Shown here: positions 28,675-39,870 of the stretch, piece after piece
Numbering within the stretch: position 1 is the first letter of the stretch
Layout of the letters: each line of letters starts with the position of its first letter
DNA from: Patescibacteria group bacterium
Lineage (GTDB): Bacteria > Patescibacteriota > Dojkabacteria > JAKAPS01
Direction of reading: 5' to 3'
Assembly (NCBI GenBank): GCA_025450075.1
Contig: JANWIC010000008.1
Span: 11,289 to 75,288, forward strand
DNA: 64,000 nt
Notes under the pieces: model-generated
The model's input: only the letters and a program-made list of their open reading frames with translations
Databases searched by the model: none
What the model was told of the DNA's origin: nothing
Position numbers and translations under genes: made by a program

Positions 28675-30177
28675 TTAGATACGAGTCTGTTCAAATGAAA
28701 TGATTTTGTTATGGTAAGCATATACCGGTAAAAGGAGAAGATTTGTAAATGCAGAGAGTAAATGTAAAGTTGCAAATGAAGCAAGTATATATCGGTAACA
28801 TACTTTCAAATCATAAAAGTCTTCGTCATACATTTCTTTTTTTGTAATAGTATATAATTTTGTAATTGTTTTGTAGCATTGCAGCATTTGTTTCTTTTTG
28901 AAATAAATGGAAATCAATCTTCTGAGAATAAACTTGTTTTCAGGAGACTCTTTTAATACATCTTTATACAATCCCAATGCAGTTTTTTCATGGTCTGTTC
29001 TTTCAGCGAATAAGGCTTCTGCGAGTAGATAATTATCCTTATGTTTTACTTTTTCCTTAATTTCTTTAAGAAGCAGTTTTCCTTTTTCTTCATCTTTTTC
29101 TTTTGCTAGCATCCCAATTGCATAAATATATGAATGGTCAATGGCATTTTTATCAATCCTTTCATCCTTTTCTATAATTTTATTAAGTATTTCACTCCTT
29201 TTTACTAAAACATCTGCTGCTTCTTTAAACTTTTCTTTTGATTCTTGGATTTTTCCTCTTTCAATGAACAGATAATTACCGTAATGATGGAGGTTCTTTG
29301 CTTTAATAAAATACAACATCTCTTCAATTTTCATGAAATCCAAATCGCCAAACTGTACACTTTCATCATCAGATTTATACAGCATATCTAAATTATGCAG
29401 TACTTCATTAATGAGTTTATCAGCAGCAGGATAATTCTTTTTATGGACAAATTTTGCTGCAGTATAGATAAGGCCGATATATGTTACCTCATGCAATACT
29501 TTATTCAATCCATGGTTTGGTCTTCCATCTACATAAAATTCAAATTTTGTTTTTTTTGCAAGATGTTCTTTAATTTCATCAAAAAGAAGTATCGGTAATT
29601 CATGAACAAAGATAAATTGTGGATGGATAACTAAAGCATTTGCTTCATTGTATAAAGTTCCTGTTATTAGAAAATCCAAAAACTGGAATCGCCTAGGTGA
29701 ATATGTATGGTATCTATCAATTGCATACCTGGGGGGAAGAACTATAGCATTAATATATTCACCTATATTTACATAACGATTATCATGGATCAAATGAGAA
29801 TAGATATATTGATTCAATTCTTCACGTATCGTAATACGAGCCTCACCTGGCAAAACACTTTTCATATTTATATCAACCAAATCAAATTGGGAAATACCGA
29901 TATTTGTTTTGTTTTTGCTTGTAAAAATATGCCTGTCAAATACCCAAGCAAGGATCGTTATCCCAATGATAATAAGATAAAATCGTAAAAAATTACCATC
30001 GGGAGGGGCTTTTGGATCAACATATACAATATGGCTGTAAAAAATGCTGAATGCGTAATTATATAGAATTGTTTCTACAAAAAGCAGAACAAGTAATGAA
30101 AGTACCGTACCTTTTTCGCTTCTATAGAATCTTTTTATCTCATCAATAATGACAAGAATATCAAATGGCATCCACAT
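28675..30177 (-). CDS. membrane-anchored protein with TPR-like C-terminus
   Basis: Two N-terminal TMs; helical repeats such as ALGLYKDVLKESPEN. Confidence 0.65.
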   Translation of the reverse strand: MWMPFDILVIIDEIKRFYRSEKGTVLSLLVLLFVETILYNYAFSIFYSHIVYVDPKAPPDGNFLRFYLIIIGITILAWVFDRHIFTSKNKTNIGISQFDLVDINMKSVLPGEARITIREELNQYIYSHLIHDNRYVNIGEYINAIVLPPRYAIDRYHTYSPRRFQFLDFLITGTLYNEANALVIHPQFIFVHELPILLFDEIKEHLAKKTKFEFYVDGRPNHGLNKVLHEVTYIGLIYTAAKFVHKKNYPAADKLINEVLHNLDMLYKSDDESVQFGDLDFMKIEEMLYFIKAKNLHHYGNYLFIERGKIQESKEKFKEAADVLVKRSEILNKIIEKDERIDKNAIDHSYIYAIGMLAKEKDEEKGKLLLKEIKEKVKHKDNYLLAEALFAERTDHEKTALGLYKDVLKESPENKFILRRLISIYFKKKQMLQCYKTITKLYTITKKEMYDEDFYDLKVCYRYILASFATLHLLSAFTNLLLLPVYAYHNKIISFEQTRI

Positions 30178-30219
30178 ATGGGCAGTAATCGCTTAAACAC
30201 CACTACTATAGCATACACA

Positions 30220-32292
30220 TTAGTTTCTGATAAGGCCACCCCACTCCACATACGTAAATCCTTTTCTGATAAAATGCTGGAAGTGTTGGGGAGCCACGGC
30301 TACTTGATGGGGATTATCAAGTGGAAGATAGTCTAAGAAGATCCTATTCACACTATCCGGTTGAGGTGAAATATGCATTGGGAATAATCGGTTTAAGATA
30401 GTGTTTTGGAATATTGTAATTCTATAATATGGTTTATTACTTTTTAACATTTCAGGCACCCAGTATGACAACATATCGGATTTCTCTTGCGATGTAAGTC
30501 CTATATAATCCAAAGTTGAATTCATAAATGACTCGAGATCGTTTCGTGTAACAATGCTCCCTTCGGATACTTCAGGATAATCTATTGATGCTATTGTTCC
30601 TGACCAATAAATATATGGATAGGCATTGCTCTCACATGCCTGCTTTGCATACACAAGACCGAATGAATTTGTGTTTAATAGATTGCAGGAAGTATATGAC
30701 GGCTGCAAGTCATGCAGTATGCCATTAGGCATCGCCAACACATCCCATTCATTGTGATATGTTGGGACCTGCACATGAAATGAAACTGGGCTTTCAAATG
30801 ATATTTTTACTTCGGTTGGCTTAGGCGGATATAGATAAATAACAGGCTTTCCGCAACCACCAAGTGTAAAATTACTTTCAGCTATTGCGTAATACTCCCC
30901 ATTATATCCATCAATTATGATGAGAGGATTATTAGCCACGTATTGAGTATAGCTTGGCGGGGCAACATTAAATGACGACTTAAAATCATCCACACTAATG
31001 CTAGAAACATGATCGGCATACAATTCTTTTAAAATCGGTGAGTTTGGGTCTTTTAGAACATAAGCTGGAGAATTGATTCCTATTGTCCCAATCTGGGTAA
31101 GATCGTTTGCAGTAATTCCTGAAACTAATGCAAAAGAAGGGTCTCTCGAACATCCTCCTTCAGCTAATACAGAATAGGAAGGATATAATTGCGTTGCTGG
31201 AGCAGTTTGCGTTATGAAGTCTGATTTCATTGATAAGAGGAAATCTCCTAATGTTGATAAGTTAACAGTTAAACGCGTTGAATAACTCTGGTCATGAAGG
31301 TGTGAAGGAATTCCTGTGTTATATGTCACAATTTGTTGATTTATTTCACTCATTGCAGCTTTATATGCTTCTAACATACTTGTCGGTACTTCACTATATT
31401 CGGCTGCTATGCCGGTTGGATCAACAACAAAATATCTCGATAATTTAGGAAAATAGCCGTTTTTATCAACAGCTTGCTGGGATATCTCTTGATAGACTGA
31501 AAATCCTGGAATTGAAAATGGAGCAGGAGTATATATCTTTGGATCTAAAGGAACGCTAAATTTAGTAACAGTTAAGATATTGCCAAGGGAATCTTTTAGC
31601 GAAGTATCTTGTGTATATGTCAGGTATTTTACAAATTTGAGATTGGATTCTGTATCAATCGGAAGTAATGTAGGAAACGGATCTATTGTATTATTATCTT
31701 CAGTAACATTGTTAGTATATACTCCGTCAAAAGAACTTTGAGCATACTGTTTTCCAACTAGAATAAAATGTTGCATATCGTTTGTAGCAAATGTATCTAT
31801 ATTCACATCATAATTTTCAACAATAGAAATTATCCTATGATATCCGCTATATTTCCCCTTTTGGATTAATCCATCATCATAATATGATCGAGGAAGAGAA
31901 GTGGAATCAGTCTGAATATATAAATTCAGATCAGTAAGTAAAGTAAGATTCCCTGATGCTGGAGTATACAATGTTGATAATTCATCATCTAATGTTGGCA
32001 TTATATAATTGGTATAATTCTGTGATGTTTGGGTTGGAGTTGAAGTTGGCGTAAGTGTTTGCAGAACTGTGGCTGAAGGTATATTTAATGTAGGAGCTGG
32101 ATGTATAAATACATTAGAGTTAGGAAGGTGGGATATGGTATGATGTTCCCAAATGTATGAAAAAATTGCAATCAGTGCAGCTATTACTAACAAGCTTCCA
32201 GAAATAATAAGTGCAATGCGGAATGACTTAGACTCTTTCCATTTTGTTTTTAAAGGATATAGAACGTTTTCAAAAATTTGAAGCTTAGCCAT
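30220..32292 (-). CDS. membrane-anchored surface protein with C-terminal KPVIYLYP...EWGG domain
   Basis: TM, P/T-rich linker, GCGKPVIYLYP and VEWGG. Confidence 0.75.
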   Translation of the reverse strand: MAKLQIFENVLYPLKTKWKESKSFRIALIISGSLLVIAALIAIFSYIWEHHTISHLPNSNVFIHPAPTLNIPSATVLQTLTPTSTPTQTSQNYTNYIMPTLDDELSTLYTPASGNLTLLTDLNLYIQTDSTSLPRSYYDDGLIQKGKYSGYHRIISIVENYDVNIDTFATNDMQHFILVGKQYAQSSFDGVYTNNVTEDNNTIDPFPTLLPIDTESNLKFVKYLTYTQDTSLKDSLGNILTVTKFSVPLDPKIYTPAPFSIPGFSVYQEISQQAVDKNGYFPKLSRYFVVDPTGIAAEYSEVPTSMLEAYKAAMSEINQQIVTYNTGIPSHLHDQSYSTRLTVNLSTLGDFLLSMKSDFITQTAPATQLYPSYSVLAEGGCSRDPSFALVSGITANDLTQIGTIGINSPAYVLKDPNSPILKELYADHVSSISVDDFKSSFNVAPPSYTQYVANNPLIIIDGYNGEYYAIAESNFTLGGCGKPVIYLYPPKPTEVKISFESPVSFHVQVPTYHNEWDVLAMPNGILHDLQPSYTSCNLLNTNSFGLVYAKQACESNAYPYIYWSGTIASIDYPEVSEGSIVTRNDLESFMNSTLDYIGLTSQEKSDMLSYWVPEMLKSNKPYYRITIFQNTILNRLFPMHISPQPDSVNRIFLDYLPLDNPHQVAVAPQHFQHFIRKGFTYVEWGGLIRN

Positions 32293-32331
32293 TACATTTA
32301 CTTTAGCATCTTGAAAGTAATGTGTAAATAA

Positions 32332-33048
32332 CTATTCATCATCTGCAAGCTGCTCTGAGAATCGTATATAAGGAGAGTATTTTTCGCGAATCACGGAAGC
32401 ATCTGTAGAAGGTGCCCAGCAAAGATAAATTCCTGCAGCAAATGTGTCCCAATACCTCTTTTGTATATACACATGATCCCCTTCCACTCGAATGTCTTCA
32501 GGATGATGAGTATAATCAGCATTTCTATCTGGGTCCGTGATAATTAGTTCTGTTTCGGTATATCCATGAATAACTACCTGATGAGATCTTTTTCGTGCGG
32601 AATCAAGGTGCCTCGGAACAGATGATATTATTGGTAAGTTTTGGTTAAGCACTTCATACAAGAATGTGTCCGCAAGTTCTTTTCCATCAGTGCGAGTTTG
32701 TAGTGCAAATAAACCTAAAATTCCTTTTGTAACTGGATGAAGAAATTCACCCATGAATAATTGTCCTTTCCAAATAGCTCCAGCACCTGGATCCCAAGCA
32801 AAAGGACGTTTCAAGGATGAGAGTATGAAAGATACAGGATCATCACCTGGTTGAAGAATCATGTAAGAACAGGCAAAAGCACAGAAATTATCATTAAAAG
32901 ATAAATTGCCATTTGGATCTCTCCAATTTTGCAAGGAATCATCCTTCTCAATTTCTCTTAGAAGAGGAAGAAATGCATCTAATGACCTCATTGCAGATTC
33001 TTCTACTTCTTGCTGATAAATTCGTTTGATTGGTATCATACGTTCCAT
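32332..33048 (-). CDS. papain-like (C39-like) cysteine peptidase domain protein
   Basis: NFCAFAC..MIL, SHQVVIHGY and IITDP give a Cys-His-Asp triad pattern. Confidence 0.65.
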   Translation of the reverse strand: MERMIPIKRIYQQEVEESAMRSLDAFLPLLREIEKDDSLQNWRDPNGNLSFNDNFCAFACSYMILQPGDDPVSFILSSLKRPFAWDPGAGAIWKGQLFMGEFLHPVTKGILGLFALQTRTDGKELADTFLYEVLNQNLPIISSVPRHLDSARKRSHQVVIHGYTETELIITDPDRNADYTHHPEDIRVEGDHVYIQKRYWDTFAAGIYLCWAPSTDASVIREKYSPYIRFSEQLADDE

Positions 33049-33122
33049 ATCCTGATCCTATCATAACGAAGGATTCACAACAATACTTGTTATTCCTTTC
33101 CCCTTTTACTAGTATATATGGT

Positions 33123-33446
33123 ATGAAAACAACCCAACGTCCCTGGTATGTATACATGTTACGCTGCTCACATACCTACTTATATACTGGAATTTCGCCT
33201 GATGTCATAAAACGGATCGAAGCGCATCGTGCTGGAAAAGGCGCAAAATTCACAAAAAACAAACATCCAATAGAGCTTGTATATGTAATAAAGATGGATA
33301 ATATGCAACTAGCAATGAAAAAAGAAAGAGAAATGAAAAAATTACCAAAACAAAAGAAAGAAGAAATTATCCTTTCTTTCAAAAATCATAGTGGAGACCC
33401 TAATATTGCAAAGATGTTTTCTACTACTTTTCAAGAGTTGCAATAG
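33123..33446 (+). CDS. GIY-YIG nuclease (YhbQ/UPF0213)
   Basis: WYVYMLRC..LYTGI..RIEAH..GKGAKFT..E. Confidence 0.9.
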   Translation: MKTTQRPWYVYMLRCSHTYLYTGISPDVIKRIEAHRAGKGAKFTKNKHPIELVYVIKMDNMQLAMKKEREMKKLPKQKKEEIILSFKNHSGDPNIAKMFSTTFQELQ

Positions 33447-34650
33447 CATCCATGTCTTTTCTGATAGTCTTCATTCCAATCACACAACAGAAAGCAGCAA
33501 AAAGTAAAAATAGAGGAGTGGTAAGTAGAAGTGATGTATGAAGAGATGTCTTGTTAGCAATTGACCCGATAAGTGAAGGGGCGCTAGCATCACCTAATAA
33601 ATGACTTAATAAGAATGATAATCCAAATGCAGATGATCGCATATGAGGTTTGATTACATCATGCATGACAACATAGAGCGGACCGGAAGCACTGCTTAAG
33701 CAAATTCCTCCAAGAAATACAATTACTGAAAATACCGCAACAGAATGTGCAATAAGCGCAAAGAAGACAAAAATAGATCCTATCAATCCACCTACTACTG
33801 GGACATATAATCGGCTATATTTATTTGAATGATATAATCGATCAGAAATCCATCCTCCACCCACTACTCCAATTGTCCCGCTGGTTAATAGCAATATTCC
33901 TGTAAGCAATCCACCTTTTGCAAGATTTAAATGGAACACATCATGTAAATATGTCGGTAGCCAGAATGATACACCTCCTAAGACAAATGCATAAAACACG
34001 TAAGCGAATATAACTGCCCAATATGTTTTTACTTTTGCAATAGATCCGAAAATCTTTATAGGAGCTTCAATCTTTTCCTTTTTCACTTGTACACCTGGCT
34101 CTGTAATCCTATAAGATAGATAGGCAAGGATTAAGCCGGGAAGACCTACAAGAAAAAATGCATATCTCCACCCCAGAAATTCTGCCAAAATTCCTCCAAT
34201 TATAAAGCCGAAAGCGGCTCCAATTAAATTTCCGGATAGGAAAAATGAAAGCACTTTTCCCCTGTTATCACTTTCAGCATAATCGCCTAAAAGTGAAAGT
34301 GAGGCAGGTGAATATCCTGCTTCACCAATTCCAAGAAATGACCTAACAACAAACAATTGTTTAAATGTATGAATAACTCCACCCAGCATTGTCATGATGC
34401 TCCAGGCACCGACACAAACCGCAATTATGTTTTTCCTTATAGACCTGTCTGCTAACATAGATAACGGAAGACTTGAAAGTGCAAAGACTATAACAAATGA
34501 CGTGCCAAGCAGTCCTTCTTGGAAAAGATTCAAGCCGAATTCGATACGTATTTTAGGTAAAACTGCAGGTAAAATATATCGGTCTGCATAGTTGAGCATA
34601 TTTACAAAAAAAAGCACAATAAGGGCGAATGATGCGTTCCTATTTTTCAT
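33424..34650 (-). CDS. MFS transporter (spinster-like)
   Basis: NMLNYADRY, LADRSIRK, RSFLGIGEA; about 12 TMs. Confidence 0.92.
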   Translation of the reverse strand: MKNRNASFALIVLFFVNMLNYADRYILPAVLPKIRIEFGLNLFQEGLLGTSFVIVFALSSLPLSMLADRSIRKNIIAVCVGAWSIMTMLGGVIHTFKQLFVVRSFLGIGEAGYSPASLSLLGDYAESDNRGKVLSFFLSGNLIGAAFGFIIGGILAEFLGWRYAFFLVGLPGLILAYLSYRITEPGVQVKKEKIEAPIKIFGSIAKVKTYWAVIFAYVFYAFVLGGVSFWLPTYLHDVFHLNLAKGGLLTGILLLTSGTIGVVGGGWISDRLYHSNKYSRLYVPVVGGLIGSIFVFFALIAHSVAVFSVIVFLGGICLSSASGPLYVVMHDVIKPHMRSSAFGLSFLLSHLLGDASAPSLIGSIANKTSLHTSLLLTTPLFLLFAAFCCVIGMKTIRKDMDAIATLEK

Positions 34651-34745
34651 GACCAGATTATACAAAAAACTATCGAAAAAAGCACTTCATACATCATGTA
34701 TTTATCATCCGAATCGGATATAATACTGTTGAAAGATACAAAGCA

Positions 34746-35417
34746 ATGAAACTCTTAATTGTAGAAGATGAAGAAAAAATCAATAATGCAATTTCGCAGG
34801 GATTTCGTGAAGAAGGTTTTGATGTCAGTAGTGCTTTTGATGGTGAGGAAGCAAGGACGATAATCGAAAGGGACGAATTCGATTGTGTGGTTCTTGACCT
34901 AATGCTTCCTCACCTTGATGGCATTACTCTACTAACCCGTATGAGGGAACATAAAGATAATACCCCCGTCATAATATTGACAGCAAGAGATGAAGTTGAA
35001 GATAAAGTAAAGGGATTGAATTCAGGAGCAGATGATTATCTGGCAAAACCTTTTTCATTTCATGAACTGTTATCAAGAGTTAAAGCAATCATACGCAGGA
35101 CTTCTTCCAACCAGACCATACTTCAAGTTGATTCACTCTTCTTAGATCCCTTTAAAAAAACAGTTACTCGAGCAGGAGTCCCGATCCATATTACCGGGAA
35201 AGATTTTATTCTTCTTGAATATCTGATGAGGAATAAAGGGGCGGCAGTATCAGAAGATAGGATAATAAGGCATTTGTGGGATTTTGAAGAAGAAATAAGT
35301 TCAAATGTTGTAGCTTCCCATATTAAAAATCTTCGTATTAAAGTAGATAAAGCTTTCCCAAAAGAAAAGCCAGTTATCCATACTTTGCGAGGGCTTGGAT
35401 ATAAACTCGATGGATAA
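34746..35417 (+). CDS. OmpR-family response regulator
   Basis: VEDE, LDLMLP, GADDYLAKPF, HTLRGLGY. Confidence 0.95.
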   Translation: MKLLIVEDEEKINNAISQGFREEGFDVSSAFDGEEARTIIERDEFDCVVLDLMLPHLDGITLLTRMREHKDNTPVIILTARDEVEDKVKGLNSGADDYLAKPFSFHELLSRVKAIIRRTSSNQTILQVDSLFLDPFKKTVTRAGVPIHITGKDFILLEYLMRNKGAAVSEDRIIRHLWDFEEEISSNVVASHIKNLRIKVDKAFPKEKPVIHTLRGLGYKLDG

Positions 35418-36417
35418 ACAATACAAAACAACAAAATTTAAACTGACATTATTATATTTTGTAATTGTATTTGCTATTGTTGCATTCTTTTCTATCATTA
35501 TTATCAATATTCAATTTGACCAGTTTAATCGTATCGAACAAGCCAGAGCGCATGATATACAACGACTTGGTTATCTTGATTCTCCGGAAACTGATCCCTT
35601 TTTAAGTGTAATTGATAATGCAAAAGATAGTATCCTTGCCCGCATATTTGAAACAGATGCAGTTATCCTTCTTATTAGCGCATTACTTTCATATTATCTT
35701 GCAGGAAAAACACTGGAGCCTATTGAAGAGGCATTTGAAAAGCAAAAGCAATTCATAGCTGATGCATCCCATGAATTAAAGACCCCTCTTACTGCAATTA
35801 CAACTGAGGCAGAAGTATTGTTAAATACGGAAAGGACAAACGAGCAATATAAGGGATTTACCAAAAGTGTATTGGAAGAAGCTCAACGACTTACGCAATT
35901 AACAATACAACTACTACAAATTGCAAAAACTGATAATAACAAAATGAAACTGATGTATGAAGATGTAAACTTGGAAGATCTAATCAGAACAGAAGGTGAT
36001 AAATTTACACCAATTGCAGATACAAAAACAATTACCTTAATTTATCATAAACCAGTTAATCCTCCAATCATTTTTGCAGATAAACATAGAATTATCCAGT
36101 TAATCGATATCCTTTTGGATAATGCAATAAAATACAACATAGAAGGAGGTCAAATAGACCTATCGACAAAATCTACAAAAAATGCAATTAAGCTCATAAT
36201 TACGGATACTGGTATTGGAATACCAAAAGAACAGGTTGATAAAATTTTTGACCGGTTCTACCGAATAACTAATGATAGACATAATCGAGGTTTCGGCCTT
36301 GGTCTATCAATTGCAAAAGAAATTGTCAATGAACATAAGGCTAAAATTGAAGTAGAAAGTGTGGAAAATAAAGGAACAACCATTCGAGTTATATTTCCAC
36401 ATCGTCATCATTCCTAA
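35410..36417 (+). CDS. sensor histidine kinase
   Basis: ASHELKTPL, DNAIKY, DTGIGI, GFGLGL; two TMs. Confidence 0.94.
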   Translation: MDKQYKTTKFKLTLLYFVIVFAIVAFFSIIIINIQFDQFNRIEQARAHDIQRLGYLDSPETDPFLSVIDNAKDSILARIFETDAVILLISALLSYYLAGKTLEPIEEAFEKQKQFIADASHELKTPLTAITTEAEVLLNTERTNEQYKGFTKSVLEEAQRLTQLTIQLLQIAKTDNNKMKLMYEDVNLEDLIRTEGDKFTPIADTKTITLIYHKPVNPPIIFADKHRIIQLIDILLDNAIKYNIEGGQIDLSTKSTKNAIKLIITDTGIGIPKEQVDKIFDRFYRITNDRHNRGFGLGLSIAKEIVNEHKAKIEVESVENKGTTIRVIFPHRHHS

Positions 36418-37875
36418 ATGCCCAATTTCTTTCATAAAACAAAACATGTCTTCAAAAGCTATCGGATACTAATACTCATTATTGCAGTTTATATAATATA
36501 TTTTTCGCTTTATACCATTATCCGGAACAATCATTTCTATTCTGGAGAATTTGATTTGGGGAATATGCAACAGACTCTTTGGAATACCTTACATGGACAT
36601 TTTTTTATGGAATCTGATCCAACAAGACATGCCGTAGTCGTTTCCCGATTTGCTGATCATGCAGATTTGCTTCTTCTTGCGGTTCTCCCATTTTATGCTC
36701 TCTTTACCTCCTTAAAAACATTACTAATTGTCCAGACAATTGCAGTCGCACTTGGCGCCATTCCGGTATTTTTATTCACTCGGCAAGTTACACAAAGCAA
36801 ATATCTTGGATATCTGTTCGCTACTACATACCTTCTTCTTCCAGGGCTTGAAAATGCAAACGTATTTGAATTCCATGCAGTAACAATGGGAATGACAAGC
36901 ATACTCTTTTTCTTTTACTTTTTATGGAATAGAAAATATGTGACAGCTATTCCCTTCTTCATACTTTCACTTCTTGCCAAAGAAGAAGTAGGATTTACCC
37001 TTGCACTTATGAGTCTATACTTTCTATATGTAATAAATCTCACTCATACATTCAAACCACGTTTTAATACTCTCGAAACAAAATTTAAAAAGAACATTAA
37101 ACTAAATATTTTCTTTCTTTCACTTGCATTATTTGCCTTTTCATATTCCTGTATCATGATCATGGTTGTCATTCCTCATTTTAGAAATGGACCATCAATA
37201 TATTTACAAAATTATGAAAATGCATCGCAAGGCATATCTGGAATAATTTCCTATACAATTTTTCATCCATTATCAATTCTACAACTTCATGGATGGAATG
37301 ATATTAAATATGTCGGTGAACTATTAGTACCAACTGGTCTTCTATCAATATTTTCTCCATTGCTATCTCTCCTTGCTCTTCCTGAACTATTAATTGACAT
37401 TCTGAGTAAAAACACATTCATGCAATCTATCTATTTCCAGTACACTTCAGTTATTAATCCAATCATTATCCTTTCAAGTATTACTGGCTTTGTCAGCTGT
37501 AATAATTTTCTATCCTTGCATTTTAAACAATATAAAACGAAATATCTTGTTATTCTTTTAACCTTTACATTATTACTATCTTCATATTTCTTCTCTCCTC
37601 TTGCACTTGCAAGAGGGTTTAAATCTGATTCTTTACTCAGTACAAAAGATGTAAATGAAATTTACACATTACAAAAATCAATTCCGCATACAGCAATTGT
37701 GAGTGCAAGTAATAATATTGCGCCTCACTTCTCACAAAGGTTTGAAATATTTACCTATCCAACTGCAAAAACTTTTGCTGATTACATTATTATTGAAAAT
37801 GAATCTCAATCTCCTTCGTCAGCATATAAACATATTTACTCAGGAAATTCTCTACAAGTTTATAAGAAAAAATAA
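36418..37875 (+). CDS. DUF2079 family membrane protein (GT-C-like)
   Basis: FDLGNMQQTLWN, EFHAV, KEEV, FQY motifs; many TMs. Confidence 0.8.
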   Translation: MPNFFHKTKHVFKSYRILILIIAVYIIYFSLYTIIRNNHFYSGEFDLGNMQQTLWNTLHGHFFMESDPTRHAVVVSRFADHADLLLLAVLPFYALFTSLKTLLIVQTIAVALGAIPVFLFTRQVTQSKYLGYLFATTYLLLPGLENANVFEFHAVTMGMTSILFFFYFLWNRKYVTAIPFFILSLLAKEEVGFTLALMSLYFLYVINLTHTFKPRFNTLETKFKKNIKLNIFFLSLALFAFSYSCIMIMVVIPHFRNGPSIYLQNYENASQGISGIISYTIFHPLSILQLHGWNDIKYVGELLVPTGLLSIFSPLLSLLALPELLIDILSKNTFMQSIYFQYTSVINPIIILSSITGFVSCNNFLSLHFKQYKTKYLVILLTFTLLLSSYFFSPLALARGFKSDSLLSTKDVNEIYTLQKSIPHTAIVSASNNIAPHFSQRFEIFTYPTAKTFADYIIIENESQSPSSAYKHIYSGNSLQVYKKK

Positions 37876-37968
37876 ATTTTTTCATAAGGGCTCGTGTATA
37901 TTTGCTAAAATGTATACATTTGTATTACACTGGAATAAAGAAAAATATTTAAAAGGAGGTGATCCCCA

Positions 37969-38094
37969 ATGGCAGCAAGAAAAACAAGAGCTAAGACAAC
38001 CAAGAAGGTTGCAAAGAAAGCTCCTGCAAGAAAAACAGTTAAGAAAGCTACTCGAAAAACAGCAGCTCGAAAAACAACGAAACGAAGAAAGTAA
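37969..38094 (+). CDS. histone H1-like basic microprotein (41 aa)
   Basis: MAARKTRAKTTKKVAKKAPARKTVKKATRKTAARKTTKRRK; SD AGGAGGTGA; own terminator. Confidence 0.85.
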   Translation: MAARKTRAKTTKKVAKKAPARKTVKKATRKTAARKTTKRRK

Positions 38095-38108
38095 GTTGTT
38101 AAAAAAAT

Positions 38109-38144
38109 AAAATGGAAGGAATGGTAACACTCCTTCCATTTTTT
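38109..38144 (+). terminator. intrinsic terminator
   Basis: AAAATGGAAGGA-N10-TCCTTCCATTTT plus T-tract. Confidence 0.8.
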
Positions 38145-38237
38145 CTCTCTACCATCCTCATTAAAAAAATTTACCATAATATACAATATTAAAAAAGATT
38201 ACTGTACTCAGTTAAGGTAAATACATATAATAGATAT

Positions 38238-39215
38238 ATGCATCAACACAAGATCTTACAACTTTACATCATCATATGTATATCTATTGCTTTACTTCTT
38301 ATTTTAATAGACCATAACTCACAGCATCAAACAGTAATATCAGGATCGTTACAAATCCCAACAGAAAAGATTACTTCAGCAGTACCTTCTGAAACTACTA
38401 ATCCTTCAATATCCCCTACACCAACCAGCTTGCCGCACCATGTATTTGTAATCGTAATGGAAAATCATGGGTATTCAAGTATTGTACATAATAGTCAGGC
38501 ACCTTATATTAATTCTCTCTTATCACAAGCAGCTATTGCAGATAACTATACTTCAGTAGCTCATCCAAGCTTACCAAACTATATTGGATTAATAAGTGGA
38601 TCAACATTTTCCATAACAAGTGATTGCACCAACTGTTATATTAATGCCGCAAATCTTGCAGACCAATTAGACCAAAACAATATTTCTTGGAAAGCATATA
38701 TGGACAGCATGCCTTCTCCCTGCTTTATTGGTAGTCGATATCCATATGCGCAAAAGCATGACCCATTCATGTACTTTAATGATATTCGCTTAAATCCAAC
38801 ACGATGCGCAAAACATATTGTCCCGTTAAATAACTTCAATACAGATATTGGTACAAATACAATTCCTCAATTCACATGGATTACACCAAATTTATGTAAT
38901 GACATGCATGATTGCAGTATTGCAAAAGGTGATGCGTGGCTTGCTGGTATTGTGCCCACTATTCTTCATACATCTTCATATCAGCATGGAGGAATTCTAT
39001 TTATTACATGGGATGAAGGAAGTGATGTAGCACTATCATCCGATAAGATCCTTACACTCGTTCTATCACCTACTGCAAAGCAGGGATATTATAATTCTCA
39101 AAACTTAAATCATTACTCTTTACTTCGTACAATTGAAGATATTTTCCATTTAGGTTATTTGAATAATGCACAACAGGCAACTTCAATGTCTAATTTCTTT
39201 ACCACTTCGTTTTAA
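38238..39215 (+). CDS. secreted phosphoesterase (acid phosphatase / phospholipase C family)
   Basis: HVFVIVMENH, HPSLPNY, KHDPF, NDMHD, ITWDE, HYSLLRTIE. Confidence 0.9.
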   Translation: MHQHKILQLYIIICISIALLLILIDHNSQHQTVISGSLQIPTEKITSAVPSETTNPSISPTPTSLPHHVFVIVMENHGYSSIVHNSQAPYINSLLSQAAIADNYTSVAHPSLPNYIGLISGSTFSITSDCTNCYINAANLADQLDQNNISWKAYMDSMPSPCFIGSRYPYAQKHDPFMYFNDIRLNPTRCAKHIVPLNNFNTDIGTNTIPQFTWITPNLCNDMHDCSIAKGDAWLAGIVPTILHTSSYQHGGILFITWDEGSDVALSSDKILTLVLSPTAKQGYYNSQNLNHYSLLRTIEDIFHLGYLNNAQQATSMSNFFTTSF

Positions 39216-39760
39216 CTTAGTGAAAATGAAAACCCTCCTGAAATTGAACATCTAATATTTCGAATTACATCTTCATCCTTGTTAATATATAACCGTACAA
39301 TTTTTCCGCTTGCCATATCAACCCAGTTATTTACTACGCCAACATAAGAAATATGTTGATTAGAATCATCTTTAAATTCATCAATCTGAAATGTAAACGA
39401 CCCATCCAAATGAAAATTTCCAACTCTTAAATGAGCAACAATGGTTTCAACCGGAAGAATGACATTTGTAAGAGCCACTCCTACTTGGTAGGGCTTAAAA
39501 TTTCGTAAAAATTTAGAAGGTATTGGTTCACCGTTATGAACAGCATATTTATCAATTATACCGATACCAAGACCTTCATCATATTCACATTGAAACCTGG
39601 GAATTGTACCATATAATTGTAACACGCCAATACCAGGAATTTCTTTTCCATCAGTACTGAACCCTGATGAGAATCGAATATGTTCTCCCGGCAATAGAAA
39701 ATGCTGCTCATTTGCAATAACTATCTGATGGGTTGTAAACGAACCTGTTTCTTCCGACAT
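39212..39760 (-). CDS. hypothetical protein
   Basis: Open frame; start MSEET follows TATAAT by 7 nt. Confidence 0.5.
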   Translation of the reverse strand: MSEETGSFTTHQIVIANEQHFLLPGEHIRFSSGFSTDGKEIPGIGVLQLYGTIPRFQCEYDEGLGIGIIDKYAVHNGEPIPSKFLRNFKPYQVGVALTNVILPVETIVAHLRVGNFHLDGSFTFQIDEFKDDSNQHISYVGVVNNWVDMASGKIVRLYINKDEDVIRNIRCSISGGFSFSLS

Positions 39761-39870
39761 ATGCCATATTATATTTTTCGGAAATTCAAAGATCTGTGAG
39801 AAAATAACAAATGATTTGACACCTGAGTGAGAATGCATATAATACAAATAGATGATTATCTAAATCAATC

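Noticed and set aside
37703-38186. Three ORF-track calls (135, 85 and 93 aa)
   Set aside because: Shadow frames of the low-complexity histone-like gene at 37969-38094.
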